55,577 bases of DNA. Source: a virus. The notes beneath the pieces were generated by a model. It saw only the letters and a list, made by a program, of their open reading frames with translations, was not told where the DNA came from and searched no databases. The first letter of the stretch is position 1; every line of letters starts with the position of its first letter. A program made the translations under genes and the position numbers. Of the stretch, positions 24,353 to 33,239 are shown in pieces. The stretch lies in IMG/VR virus record IMGVR_UViG_3300029681_000005; one strand, given 5' to 3'.

Positions 24353-24391
24353 AAAAGCCAGCGGCTAGATGTTCTCTAACCACTGGCTTTT
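24353..24391. terminator. Bidirectional terminator between convergent genes
   Basis: AAAAGCCAGCGG ... CCACTGGCTTTT. Confidence 0.6.
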
Positions 24392-24409
24392 CTTATTGGC
24401 TGTTATGTA

Positions 24410-25234
24410 TTATGCGGACTGCTTTTCTTCCTTGATCTCAAACTTTACGTTTGTGGCCGCTGCCAAACGGCGCACGGAGTTAATGAACGCAGATTCCATT
24501 TTCTTGTCTTTGCTGTCGAAGATGATGTCAACAGCGTTGATTTTTCGAACAAAAGTCTTGCTCATGCCCTTAGATGCGGCATCCTTCTTGCGGTTATCCA
24601 AACGGCGGCGAACATCGAATCCGTTCTCCTTCATTTCATCGTAGACTTCATTCCATACGTCTGCGTATGCCGTACCACCGCCACGCTTGGTTGCAATGGC
24701 ATTCAACGTGCGCTGACAGACCTTTCGTGCATCGCCTTTGACGCTGATAGTCATAATCGAGCACATATTGTTAAAACTGGATTCAATGGCATCCACACGC
24801 TTTTCGGTTTCTGCGCTTCGTGCAGCCTGTTCGTTTACAGCCTGAACCATCATGTTCAAAATCTGCAAGCTGCTCGGCTGTCCATTCGGATAAAGAGCAA
24901 CATAACCACGCTTGCGAAGTTCGGGAAGAATCACATCACATACAAGCGCCTGAAACTTCTGCGCCGTCTCGTTATTGGCCTTCATGCAAAGGCGGTAAAA
25001 TATGTTTTCGGGGATGTATTCAGGTCTTTTCCCCACAAGTGGGGAATTTGCGAAGCTACGAATATATTCTTCAACACGTTCCCATTTGACGTATTCAACT
25101 CCATTTTTCTCTTGAGTAAAGCCAAGTCCACGAGCAGCATCTTCCAGCCGGATGTAAGCCACTCCGTTTTCTTCGTAGCAGCTAACACCCTCGATCAGTT
25201 GAATTTCGGTCTTAGTTGTGATACTATAGTTCAT
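24410..25234 (-). CDS. Phage antirepressor-like protein (Bro-N/AntA-type N-terminus)
   Basis: LEDAARGLGF...IPENIFYRLCMKANNETAQKFQALVCDVILPELRKRGY. Confidence 0.6.
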   Translation of the reverse strand: MNYSITTKTEIQLIEGVSCYEENGVAYIRLEDAARGLGFTQEKNGVEYVKWERVEEYIRSFANSPLVGKRPEYIPENIFYRLCMKANNETAQKFQALVCDVILPELRKRGYVALYPNGQPSSLQILNMMVQAVNEQAARSAETEKRVDAIESSFNNMCSIMTISVKGDARKVCQRTLNAIATKRGGGTAYADVWNEVYDEMKENGFDVRRRLDNRKKDAASKGMSKTFVRKINAVDIIFDSKDKKMESAFINSVRRLAAATNVKFEIKEEKQSA

Positions 25235-25356
25235 AGAATCTCCTTAAATAGCTTGCGGAAACTGAGCCAATTTGCTATAATAAGGGCGCAATGGCTCCAT
25301 TTCCATTGTTGAGCATATAAGACGTTCGCTGTGGTCGCCAAACTTTAGCGAGCGTC

Positions 25357-25527
25357 TTATTCTTTTTCATCGGGCAGCGGATGATTTTGCAGATACTCTG
25401 AAATAGCTCTGCGCATAAACTGGCTGCGGTTAAGGTCGCATACGGTGCAGTAGTGATTGATCTCTGCCAGCATTTCCTTGCTGACGTTGGCGTTGCACTG
25501 TGCACCATTCGGGTTGTTGTACGTCAT
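25357..25527 (-). CDS. Ribbon-helix-helix (Arc/CopG-like) small regulator (56 aa)
   Basis: GAAAGGAGG upstream. Translated by hand: ...VSKEMLAEINHYCTVCDLNRSQFMRRAISEYLQNH. Confidence 0.55.
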   Translation of the reverse strand: MTYNNPNGAQCNANVSKEMLAEINHYCTVCDLNRSQFMRRAISEYLQNHPLPDEKE

Positions 25528-25641
25528 ACTCGTTCACCTCCTTTCGGCGTAATTATATTATACCACTTTTCCTTGTGAAGTAAATAATTTCAAACGATTT
25601 TACGATGTAATTTATAATACATACGAATTGCCGAAATTATG

Positions 25642-25794
25642 TTACTTTTCTTTGCGCCCCGCTTCGTACCCCGCCCGGTAGTTCAGTTCGGACAGCTTAC
25701 CCAGCGCTTCTGCGTACTCCCTGTCCTCGCTGGTCGGCTCTTTGCCGCGGGCGAGGGTTTTCAGAAATTCTTCGGTTGTTGTGGGAAATTTCAT
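25642..25794 (-). CDS. Hypothetical small protein (50 aa)
   Basis: GAAAGGAGC upstream; translated by hand (MKFPTTTEEFLKTLARGKEP...). Confidence 0.45.
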   Translation of the reverse strand: MKFPTTTEEFLKTLARGKEPTSEDREYAEALGKLSELNYRAGYEAGRKEK

Positions 25795-25898
25795 GTTTTT
25801 TGCTCCTTTCTATTGCAGAAGTCGTTTGCTTCTGCTATAATAATTGACAGAAACCGAGACTGCGCCCTTGGTTGCGCAGCTTCTGTTTTGTGGTGGAA

Positions 25899-25947
25899 TA
25901 GGTCGTCAGTGCTACTTTGGTCGGTGGGGCTGACGGCCTATTTTTTA
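25899..25947 (+). terminator. Hairpin plus T-run, related in sequence to the terL leader at 28042-28083
   Basis: AGGTCGTCAG ... CTGACGGCCT followed by ATTTTTTAT. Confidence 0.45.
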
Positions 25948-26054
25948 TGCCACAAAGGATAAATCTACCGTTGTTGGCTGATTCATCGTGTGTTCTGCTG
26001 TCTTAGATTATAGACGCTTGGTATATAGTTGTCAACAGCCCAATTTGTATAATT

Positions 26055-26082
26055 TGTACGTTAAAACACGTTTTAGTGTACA
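26055..26082. promoter_or_regulatory. 28-bp imperfect palindrome: candidate recombinase (res/crossover) site
   Basis: TGTACGTTAAAACACGTTTTAGTGTACA (22 of 28 positions self-complementary). Related ACTTTAACGTGTTAG at 26101. Confidence 0.35.
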
Positions 26083-26243
26083 TTTTTGATAGCGGTTTTG
26101 ACACTTTAACGTGTTAGAATCGGGGCGAAAATTTATAGTAAAATTTGATAACACGATAATTATACAAGCTGTAAACTAACACAAAAAAGTGTTGATGAAA
26201 AAGTGACCCTATTGATAGTAAAACTGCAAAATTTCAAAAACGT

Positions 26244-26273
26244 CTTGACAAATGTCTCTCTTTTGAGATATAA
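26244..26273 (+). promoter_or_regulatory. Consensus promoter TTGACA-N18-TATAAT
   Basis: TTGACA at 26244-26249 and TATAAT at 26268-26273, about 27 nt upstream of the 26300 ATG. Confidence 0.6.
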
Positions 26274-26299
26274 TAAGGCCAGAAAGAGAGGACATAAAA

Positions 26300-26605
26300 A
26301 TGAACGCAAACAAAGCATTGAAAAGGATTCTTGAAAATTCCCCTCTTCGCGTTGGAGAATTAAATGAAAAGCTCAATTATGAGAGTAAACACGTCGCATC
26401 GACTGTTCTTGGTAGAAATAGGATTTCGTATGAAAACCTATTGAAGTTTTCGGATGTGTTAAAGTATGATGTTGTCTTAGTTCCAAGAGGTTCACGGACT
26501 TACCTTGATAATGAATATGTTCTTACAAATGAAGAAATGGATGCAAAGGCGCTAAAAAATACAAAGAAGATGTTTCCGAATGAAAGGAACAGTGATTCTG
26601 AATGA
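26300..26605 (+). CDS. Hypothetical, possibly HTH, protein (101 aa)
   Basis: ORF track; ATGA overlap with the recombinase gene. Confidence 0.55.
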   Translation: MNANKALKRILENSPLRVGELNEKLNYESKHVASTVLGRNRISYENLLKFSDVLKYDVVLVPRGSRTYLDNEYVLTNEEMDAKALKNTKKMFPNERNSDSE

Positions 26606-27177
26606 TTTACGGTTACGCTCGTGTCAGTTCCGCTGGTCAAGCGATTGACGGCAACAGTCTTGAAGCCCAGTCGGAACTTCTGAAAGCTAACGGCGCGCAG
26701 AAAATCTTTTCGGATGTTTATACCGGCACGAAGCTGCATCGACCGGAACTTGACAAGCTGATGGCTGAAATCCAGCCGGGAGACACGCTGATCGTGGCGA
26801 AGCTTGACCGTATTGCTCGTTCCGCCAAGAATGGTCTTGAACTGATAGACCAGTTCATTGATAAGGGCGTTTCAGTGAACATCCTGAATATGGGGGTTAT
26901 GAACAACTCCCCAACCGGCAAGGTTATTCGCACGGTGATGCTTGCATTCGCCGAGTTTGAGCGTGACATGATTGTTGAGCGTACTAGAGAGGGCAAGAAG
27001 ATTGCCAGCCAACGCCCCGATTACAGGGAAGGCCGCAAACCCACTGAGTATGACCGCAACCTCTTTGACGTTCTTCACGAACAGGTGGAGAAGCGTATTC
27101 TCACGGTCACGGATGCCGCCAAGCAGCTTGGCGTGACCCGCCAGACATGGTATCGGATTGCTGAACAGAATAGGTGA
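26602..27177 (+). CDS. Small serine recombinase (resolvase/invertase family)
   Basis: [13 protein letters not shown] (catalytic Ser), [28 protein letters not shown], and a C-terminal HTH. Confidence 0.9.
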   Translation: MIYGYARVSSAGQAIDGNSLEAQSELLKANGAQKIFSDVYTGTKLHRPELDKLMAEIQPGDTLIVAKLDRIARSAKNGLELIDQFIDKGVSVNILNMGVMNNSPTGKVIRTVMLAFAEFERDMIVERTREGKKIASQRPDYREGRKPTEYDRNLFDVLHEQVEKRILTVTDAAKQLGVTRQTWYRIAEQNR

Positions 27178-27181
27178 AAGT

Positions 27182-27736
27182 ATGGCTAGAAAACTTTACG
27201 CAGTGACAAGCGGTGAATACGAGGATTATCACATCATTACTCTGACCGAGAGCCGTAGACGTGCAGAGAAAATCGCAAAGATGTACGATGCCGATGTTGA
27301 AGAATACGAGGACAACGAAGAGTTGACGGCAAAACCACTCACTTATACGGTTTATGTCTATGGTGGCGTAGATTGCTGTGAATCGCATTTAGATAACGTT
27401 GAGAAAAATGTTATCATAGGTCACGGGCACGGGTTCGCTTATGTCGATGCGTGGTCTAAGCAAGATGCAGAGCGGAAAGCTGATGTTATTTTCAAGGAAG
27501 TCCGTGAAAAAATGGAAGCTGAACGCAAGGCGAAAGAAGAAGCATGGAATATTCCTACATGGATTGCCAAACGAGAAAACAAAAAAATCCATGTCATTCC
27601 AACAGATAGCAAAACAAACGCAAGCGGGGTGATGTTTGGATGCATGGCATTTGTTAAGGCTTCTACAATAGAAGAAGCCATGAAGATTGCAACGTCTATG
27701 TTTGCTGATTATGACGCAAACCGTGCGAAAGCATAG
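27182..27736 (+). CDS. Hypothetical protein (184 aa)
   Basis: Internal ATG after AGGTGAAAG. Confidence 0.55.
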   Translation: MARKLYAVTSGEYEDYHIITLTESRRRAEKIAKMYDADVEEYEDNEELTAKPLTYTVYVYGGVDCCESHLDNVEKNVIIGHGHGFAYVDAWSKQDAERKADVIFKEVREKMEAERKAKEEAWNIPTWIAKRENKKIHVIPTDSKTNASGVMFGCMAFVKASTIEEAMKIATSMFADYDANRAKA

Positions 27737-27789
27737 AAGTGACATTGTTCGCAACCTAGAATAAAACCGAATGAGAAAGGGAAAACAGC

Positions 27790-27951
27790 ATGAAACCCGT
27801 AAAATTGTCAGAACAGAGCTTGAAGCTCATTGAAACGTTGTGCGATTACACCGACAAGCCCGACATTCTCAATTCCATTGCAGACGCTTTGTACTACGAT
27901 GCAGACGAGTTGAAGCGCAGGCTAAACCAGCTTGCAGAAGAGGTCAAATAA
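27790..27951 (+). CDS. Hypothetical small protein (53 aa)
   Basis: GAGAAAGGGAAAA upstream; translated by hand. Confidence 0.4.
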   Translation: MKPVKLSEQSLKLIETLCDYTDKPDILNSIADALYYDADELKRRLNQLAEEVK

Positions 27952-28041
27952 ATCGCACCTTCCATCCGTTAAAACGAATTTTAGCAAATAATTTTCCGAA
28001 AACAGCATTATAAAACCGAATATTTGATTTTTGTGCAGTTG

Positions 28042-28083
28042 TAGGCACTCTTTACATTTTCAGGTAGGGGGTGCCTATTTTTT
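28042..28083 (+). promoter_or_regulatory. Hairpin plus T6 run directly abutting the terL ATG
   Basis: TAGGCAC ... GTGCCTA followed by TTTTTT then ATG. Confidence 0.5.
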
Positions 28084-29751
28084 ATGCAGCCAAAACAGTG
28101 CATTGCCATCATCGACAGCATCAAAGCGTATGCAAAGCAGAATCCGACAGAAGCACAAGTCTACGAGGACTGGTTTCAGGCGGTCGTAAACCTGAGAGAC
28201 GCTTTGCCGCAAGACAAGCGGTTCGATGCCTACAAATACTCTGGTGAACTACGCTCTGTCTGTGCAGCCATGATGGGCAAGATGAAAACAGGCGAGGACG
28301 TGGCGAAGGTCTATGACATTATCAGTCGGACGTACCTGTTTGAAGCAAAGGATGTGTTTGACAGCTATTGCATCTATCTTGAATGGAATCGTGCGCCGGA
28401 GAAGAAGTTCTATCAGCCACGCAGAAAGGTGCTTTTGACGCTGGTTCGTGACCTAGAGGACTTGTTTTTCCATCGTGTAGAATTTCTTGGGGTCAGTCAG
28501 CCCCCGAGAACCGGAAAAAGTACGCTCTGTATATTTTTTATCACATGGCTGATGGGCAACCGCCCGGACGTTGCATCGGTCATGAGCGGGCATTCCGACA
28601 AGCTGACCAATGGTTTCTATGGCGAAGTGTTGTCCATCATCACTGACCCTGTGACCTACAACTGGGGCAAAATCTTCCCTGATGTTCAGCTTGTGGATAA
28701 GAGAGCAAATGACGAAAGCGTTGACCTGAACCGCAAAAAGCGTTTCCCTACCCTGACCTGTCGTTCCATTGGTGGTACGCTGACTGGTGCTGTTGAAATC
28801 GGCGAGGGCGGCGTTCTGTACAGCGATGACTTGATTGAGGACTTGGAGGAAAGCCTGAATGTTGAGCGTCTGAATAACAAGTATGATGCCTATCTGAACC
28901 AGCTAAAAGACCGTAAAAAGCAAGGTGCATTAGAGCTGATGGTCGGCACACGCTGGAACGTGCTTGACCCTTTGGGGCGCATCCAGAACCAGTACGCAGA
29001 CAATCCAAAGTACAGATTTCGGGTGATTCCTGCGGTTGATGAGAACGGACACAGCAATTTCAATTATGACTACGGCGTGGGATTTGACGATGCCTACTAT
29101 GCCGACATGAAAGCCAGCATTGACGATGCAACATGGTGGGCAAAGTACATGGGCAAGCCCTATGTGCGTGAAGGTTTGCTGTTCCCTGCCGATGAACTGC
29201 GGTATTTCAATGGCGTTCTGCCCGATGGAGACCCTGATCGCAAGCTCATGGTCATGGATATTGCATGGGGTGGTGGTGACTTCACCGCCTGTCCTATTGC
29301 TTATGTGTACGGTGATGCGGTGTTCATCCCTGACCTTGTGTTCAACAACGGCGATAAGACCATGACCAGACCGGAAGTCGTGGGCAAAATCATCCAGCAT
29401 AAAATTAACGTGGTGCGTGGCGAAGCCAACAACGGCGGTGATGAATATTGTGACGTGGTAGACAGCCAGCTTCGGCAACAGGGCTATCACTGCTCTGTCC
29501 GTAGCCAACGTGCGCCAAGTGGTCAAAGCAAGCTATCAAGAATCATTCAGTATGCGCCGGACATCAAGCGATTCTATTTCCTTGACGAGAAACATCAGTC
29601 GAAAGAGTACAAGGCGTTCATGGAGCAGGTGACGATGTTCACGCAGCTTGGTAAAGTTCCGCACGATGATGCACCGGATAGTCTGGCACAGCTTGCCGAT
29701 GAACTGTACAACGGAATCAATAAAATCGAGCCTGTCAAGAGGCCATTTTAA
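28084..29751 (+). CDS. terL: Terminase large subunit
   Basis: Walker A PPRTGKST; C-terminal nuclease-like region with HDDAPDSLAQLADEL; 555 aa; followed by portal. Confidence 0.85.
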   Translation: MQPKQCIAIIDSIKAYAKQNPTEAQVYEDWFQAVVNLRDALPQDKRFDAYKYSGELRSVCAAMMGKMKTGEDVAKVYDIISRTYLFEAKDVFDSYCIYLEWNRAPEKKFYQPRRKVLLTLVRDLEDLFFHRVEFLGVSQPPRTGKSTLCIFFITWLMGNRPDVASVMSGHSDKLTNGFYGEVLSIITDPVTYNWGKIFPDVQLVDKRANDESVDLNRKKRFPTLTCRSIGGTLTGAVEIGEGGVLYSDDLIEDLEESLNVERLNNKYDAYLNQLKDRKKQGALELMVGTRWNVLDPLGRIQNQYADNPKYRFRVIPAVDENGHSNFNYDYGVGFDDAYYADMKASIDDATWWAKYMGKPYVREGLLFPADELRYFNGVLPDGDPDRKLMVMDIAWGGGDFTACPIAYVYGDAVFIPDLVFNNGDKTMTRPEVVGKIIQHKINVVRGEANNGGDEYCDVVDSQLRQQGYHCSVRSQRAPSGQSKLSRIIQYAPDIKRFYFLDEKHQSKEYKAFMEQVTMFTQLGKVPHDDAPDSLAQLADELYNGINKIEPVKRPF

Positions 29752-29958
29752 TAATTCCCCTAAATAGCCGGGTGTGTAGGCATTAAAATTTGATTTGCCT
29801 ATTGACATGGCTTACAATAGTACCAGGAAGATTTGCAGCTTCCTCTAGGTATTGCGTTGGCGAGATTTTTAAGTCATTTTTACTCGTCATTTGTTGTGTA
29901 ATATCCTCCTTTCTTACTCACCCACGACAGCCGCCTTTCTCTGTCGTGGGGGTTATAT

Positions 29959-30035
29959 GTTGCGTTTCCGAGTGGACGGAACGTTGTTTGTACTCCCCCA
30001 ACTGACACGAAGCGGTTCAAACCCGCTACGCAGCA
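29959..30035 (+). other. tRNA-like element (77 nt) with intact acceptor, D and T arms but a non-canonical anticodon arm
   Basis: GTTGCGT/ACGCAGC acceptor, TCCG-AGTGGA-CGGA, AGCGG-TTCAAAC-CCGCT. The middle forms only GTTG/CAAC with a 12-nt loop. Confidence 0.4.
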
Positions 30036-30170
30036 CAACTATCCTCTTGCTTTGCATGGGATTTCTCTTTTGACACCTCACCGCTATTCCCGGCTCTCGA
30101 TGTAAAAGGCTTTTTTGAATTTTCTCCTTTTGCAAAGAGCAGCGGTTAACCAATCAAGCCGGGTTTTTAC

Positions 30171-30248
30171 GTTGCATTAGCTCAGTCAGGCTAGAGCATC
30201 CGGCTCATAACCGGACATACATTGGTTCAAATCCATTATGCAGCACCA
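30171..30248 (+). tRNA. tRNA with anticodon CAT (Met, or Ile2 if lysidine-modified), CCA encoded
   Basis: Hand fold: acceptor GTTGCAT/ATGCAGC, D arm GCTC-AGTCAGGCTA-GAGC, anticodon arm TCCGG-CTCATAA-CCGGA, T arm ATTGG-TTCAAAT-CCATT (one T-T mismatch). Confidence 0.75.
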
Positions 30249-30416
30249 AAATTGCAGCTGACCCATTTACGTCTGTCCGACAACTGAATGTAAAGGCTGC
30301 AATGGTTTTCTTCGGGCGAAGAATAGCACGGCTGGAAGTGCGAACAGTTTCCCAGTAGCTTCTGACAGGTCTGTACTCAACAGCCTGTTTCCAGAAATCC
30401 AACGAAAGGAGCGTTT

Positions 30417-30599
30417 ATGCTAGTTAGAATCTGTTGCCCTTGTATCAGGCAGAATCCCATCTATAAGAACGTCCGCTGCAACCGCTATCTTGGCGAAGTA
30501 GACGGACGATACCATTTCAAGTGCGACAGATGCAAGGGCGTTATCGAAGGAGACACAAGGGAAGGATGGGTAAAAATTATCCATCCACCGGAAAAGTAA
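30417..30599 (+). CDS. Zinc-ribbon small protein (60 aa)
   Basis: AAAGGAG upstream; CCPC ... CDRC. Confidence 0.5.
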   Translation: MLVRICCPCIRQNPIYKNVRCNRYLGEVDGRYHFKCDRCKGVIEGDTREGWVKIIHPPEK

Positions 30600-30609
30600 A
30601 TAGCTTTTG

Positions 30610-30672
30610 AAGCGCAGTTTTGGCGCAGTGAGATAGACCTTAACAGGTTTGTCTTGCTGCGCTTTTTATTTT
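30610..30672 (+). terminator. Terminator-like hairpin before portal
   Basis: AAGCGCAG ... CTGCGCTT followed by TTTATTTT. Confidence 0.45.
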
Positions 30673-30690
30673 GCCGGAAAGGAGGAAAAC

Positions 30691-32205
30691 ATGGCTGAGT
30701 ATCAGATAGTTGTTGACGGCTTTTTGAATGAGCCGCTGACCGGACGCAGACCGATTGAAACGCCGGAGACGGAAATCAATCAAGCAAACGTGCTGAAAGT
30801 GGTCACTGGCAAGGCAGAGCCTATTCATCTGCTGAACAAGAACGAGATTCGCTTTCTACACAACTACTATTTGGGTAGTCAGCCTGTCCTCAATCGCACG
30901 AAGGAGTATCACGCTGAAATTACCAATCGCATTGTAGAGAACCACGCCAATGAGTGCGTGGGCTTCTACACAGGCTACATGAGCGGCACTCCCTGCTCTT
31001 ATGTGCGGTCTGAAACGGCAACAGGTGACGGTGAGGAAATCGCCCGCCTGTCCAACGCTTTGCAGTATGAGGGCAAAGATGCGCTTGATCGGCGGCTCTG
31101 GCAGTGGATGCTGGAGTGCGGACAGGGATACCGCATTGTTCTCCCTGATAAGGGGTACAACGGCAACTACCCGGACGAAACGCCCCTACTGGTGGATGTT
31201 CCCGACCCGGATATGGCGTATGTGATTTACAACTCCGGCATCGGTCACAAGCCCATCGCTAACATTCTGCACATCCCACGCAATTATCAGAATGACCTGA
31301 ACGACCTAATTTGCGTGTATACACCAAACCAGTACTTTGAAATCGACAACGGCAAGGTTACGAAATCGGAGAACCATTCTCTTGGAATGCTGCCGATGGT
31401 CGAATACAAGCTGAACCCGGAGCGAATGGGTTTGTTTGAACCGGCTATCCCTGTGCTGGATGCCATCAACGACCTTGAAAGCAACCGTTTGGACGGCGTG
31501 GCGCAATTCATCCAATCCATCATGGTGTTTACCAACTGCCTTGTGGACAAGGACGCTCTCGACCAAGTGAAGGAACTTGGCGCAATGTGCCTGAAATCCA
31601 CTTCTGGTCTGCCCGCTTCTGTGTCGCAGATTGCAAACGAGCTTGACCAGCAGCAGAGCCAGACCTTGCTTGATTCTATGCTGAACGTGTACCGCAGTCT
31701 GACTGCCATGCCTAGTGCCACTGGAAGCGAGAACGCGACATCTGACAACGTGGGCGCAGTCATTGTCCGTAATGGCTGGAATCACACCGAAGCAAGGGCG
31801 CAGCAGTACGAGAATATGTTCAAGCATGCTGAGCGTCAGAGCCTGTCTGTAATGCTGAAAATCTTGCGTGATACGGCTGGTTCTAAGCTGATGGCAAGTG
31901 ACATCAACATCAAGCTGCCCCGCCGCCAGTATGACAACCAGCAGAGCAAGGTTCAGATTTTTGCGCAGATGATTCAGCAGCCGATTGACCCGCAGTTGGC
32001 GTTCACTACGCCCGGTCTGTTCCCTGACCCGCAGGCTGCTTACGAAATGAGCAAGCCTTTCCTGATTGCCGCTGGCAAGCTGGGTAAGGATGGGAAAGCA
32101 CCGAAGCCACAGGAACAGCCTAAACAGGATGTTGCCGACACAAATGCCGAGAACATGGCAGACAAACAGTCTACCGATACCAATAAAGAAACAGAGGGTG
32201 AATAA
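30691..32205 (+). CDS. Portal protein (SPP1 gp6-like)
   Basis: Start at MAEYQ after AAAGGAGGAAAA; 504 aa; lies between terL and the scaffold gene. Confidence 0.8.
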   Translation: MAEYQIVVDGFLNEPLTGRRPIETPETEINQANVLKVVTGKAEPIHLLNKNEIRFLHNYYLGSQPVLNRTKEYHAEITNRIVENHANECVGFYTGYMSGTPCSYVRSETATGDGEEIARLSNALQYEGKDALDRRLWQWMLECGQGYRIVLPDKGYNGNYPDETPLLVDVPDPDMAYVIYNSGIGHKPIANILHIPRNYQNDLNDLICVYTPNQYFEIDNGKVTKSENHSLGMLPMVEYKLNPERMGLFEPAIPVLDAINDLESNRLDGVAQFIQSIMVFTNCLVDKDALDQVKELGAMCLKSTSGLPASVSQIANELDQQQSQTLLDSMLNVYRSLTAMPSATGSENATSDNVGAVIVRNGWNHTEARAQQYENMFKHAERQSLSVMLKILRDTAGSKLMASDINIKLPRRQYDNQQSKVQIFAQMIQQPIDPQLAFTTPGLFPDPQAAYEMSKPFLIAAGKLGKDGKAPKPQEQPKQDVADTNAENMADKQSTDTNKETEGE

Positions 32206-32299
32206 TCCTTTGCTATAAATACGGCAGGGAAGCCGGGATACAAATTTCGCAGCGTTGCAGGGAAGCAACGGTAAAAAAACGCAGGAGGAAATTAACGAT

Positions 32300-32881
32300 A
32301 TGAACTACAAAGCGTTACTTGGTGATGCCTACAAAGAGGGCATGACCGCCGATGAAATCATTTCTGCGCTTGAAAAAGTTGCAGACCCTAGCGCAGAGGT
32401 CGAGAAGCTGCGCAACGCCGTGACAAAAGCCAATGGCGAAGCTGCTGAGTACAAGAAGCAGCTCAAGGCAAAGCGCACCGATGACGAGAATGCTGCACAG
32501 GAACAGGCTGACAAGCTGGCAGAGATGCAGAAGCAGATTGAAGCCTTGACTGCCGACAAGGAAAACCTCGTCAAGGAAAAGACCCTTGCATCTTACCGTG
32601 AGAAGTTCGTTTCACAGGGTTATGACGCTGAACTTGCCAACAAGGCTGCGTCTGCACTGGCTGACGGTGACATGGACAAGGTGTTTAAGTTCCAGTCGGA
32701 ATTTATGACCGCCCACGACACCGCTTACAAGGCTTCTCTGCTGAAGGATATGCCCACACCTCCGGGTGCGGATGGCAAGGGCGGTTCTGACAGTGAGGGC
32801 GTGGCGTTTGCTAAGAGCCTTGCACAGCAGAACGCAAATGCTTCTAAGGCATCGAGTGACGCAATGAGTGCTTTCCATTAA
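32300..32881 (+). CDS. Scaffolding protein
   Basis: A/K/E-rich coiled coil; position between portal and capsid; AGGAGGAAA RBS. Confidence 0.7.
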   Translation: MNYKALLGDAYKEGMTADEIISALEKVADPSAEVEKLRNAVTKANGEAAEYKKQLKAKRTDDENAAQEQADKLAEMQKQIEALTADKENLVKEKTLASYREKFVSQGYDAELANKAASALADGDMDKVFKFQSEFMTAHDTAYKASLLKDMPTPPGADGKGGSDSEGVAFAKSLAQQNANASKASSDAMSAFH

Positions 32882-32894
32882 CAAGGAGGAAAAC

Positions 32895-33239
32895 ATGAAG
32901 TTTACCCGAAACACGGTCAACGGAATCAACGATACCATCCTTGCTTCCAATGACTACACCGCCATCCCCTTTACCGTGACCGAAGCTGCTGCGGTTAAGG
33001 CTGGCTATCCCATGACGCTGGCTGGCAAGAAGGCAACTTCTGCCACCGCAGACGGCATTCTGTTGTATGACGTTGACCCGGCAGAGAACCCCAATGCTTC
33101 CCTGCTGATTCGTGGCGTTATCGACACCAAAAAGGCTGCCGCAAGCTCTGGCTTCACCTATGATTCTGATGCGGTTACTGCGCTCAAGACTGCCATTCCT
33201 GGCATCTTCTGCCGTGACAACATCAGCGTGAACGCTTAA
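32895..33239 (+). CDS. Small capsid-associated (decoration-like) protein
   Basis: 114 aa, between the scaffold and major capsid genes; AAGGAGGAAAA RBS. Confidence 0.45.
   Translation: MKFTRNTVNGINDTILASNDYTAIPFTVTEAAAVKAGYPMTLAGKKATSATADGILLYDVDPAENPNASLLIRGVIDTKKAAASSGFTYDSDAVTALKTAIPGIFCRDNISVNA

Noticed and set aside
26300-27177. IS607-type or other serine-recombinase transposon
   Set aside because: The recombinase has the resolvase layout (catalytic domain N-terminal, HTH C-terminal), not the IS607 order. No terminal inverted repeats were seen and no second transposition gene is present.
29790-30153. Tracked ORFs 29790..30005, 29891..30073 and 29953..30153, and a hand-found 35-aa minus-strand ORF (about 29795-29902)
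   Set aside because: They overlap the hairpins and the tRNA-like element. Their translations are Cys/Leu/Arg-rich. Only the 35-aa ORF has a nearby AGGAGG, but that is spaced 14 nt from the ATG. The region is treated as RNA or structural DNA.
30171-30248. tRNA as evidence of an attP or integration site
   Set aside because: No integrase is encoded, and the tRNA is complete with an encoded CCA. It lies inside the late operon spacer and is more consistent with a phage-carried tRNA.
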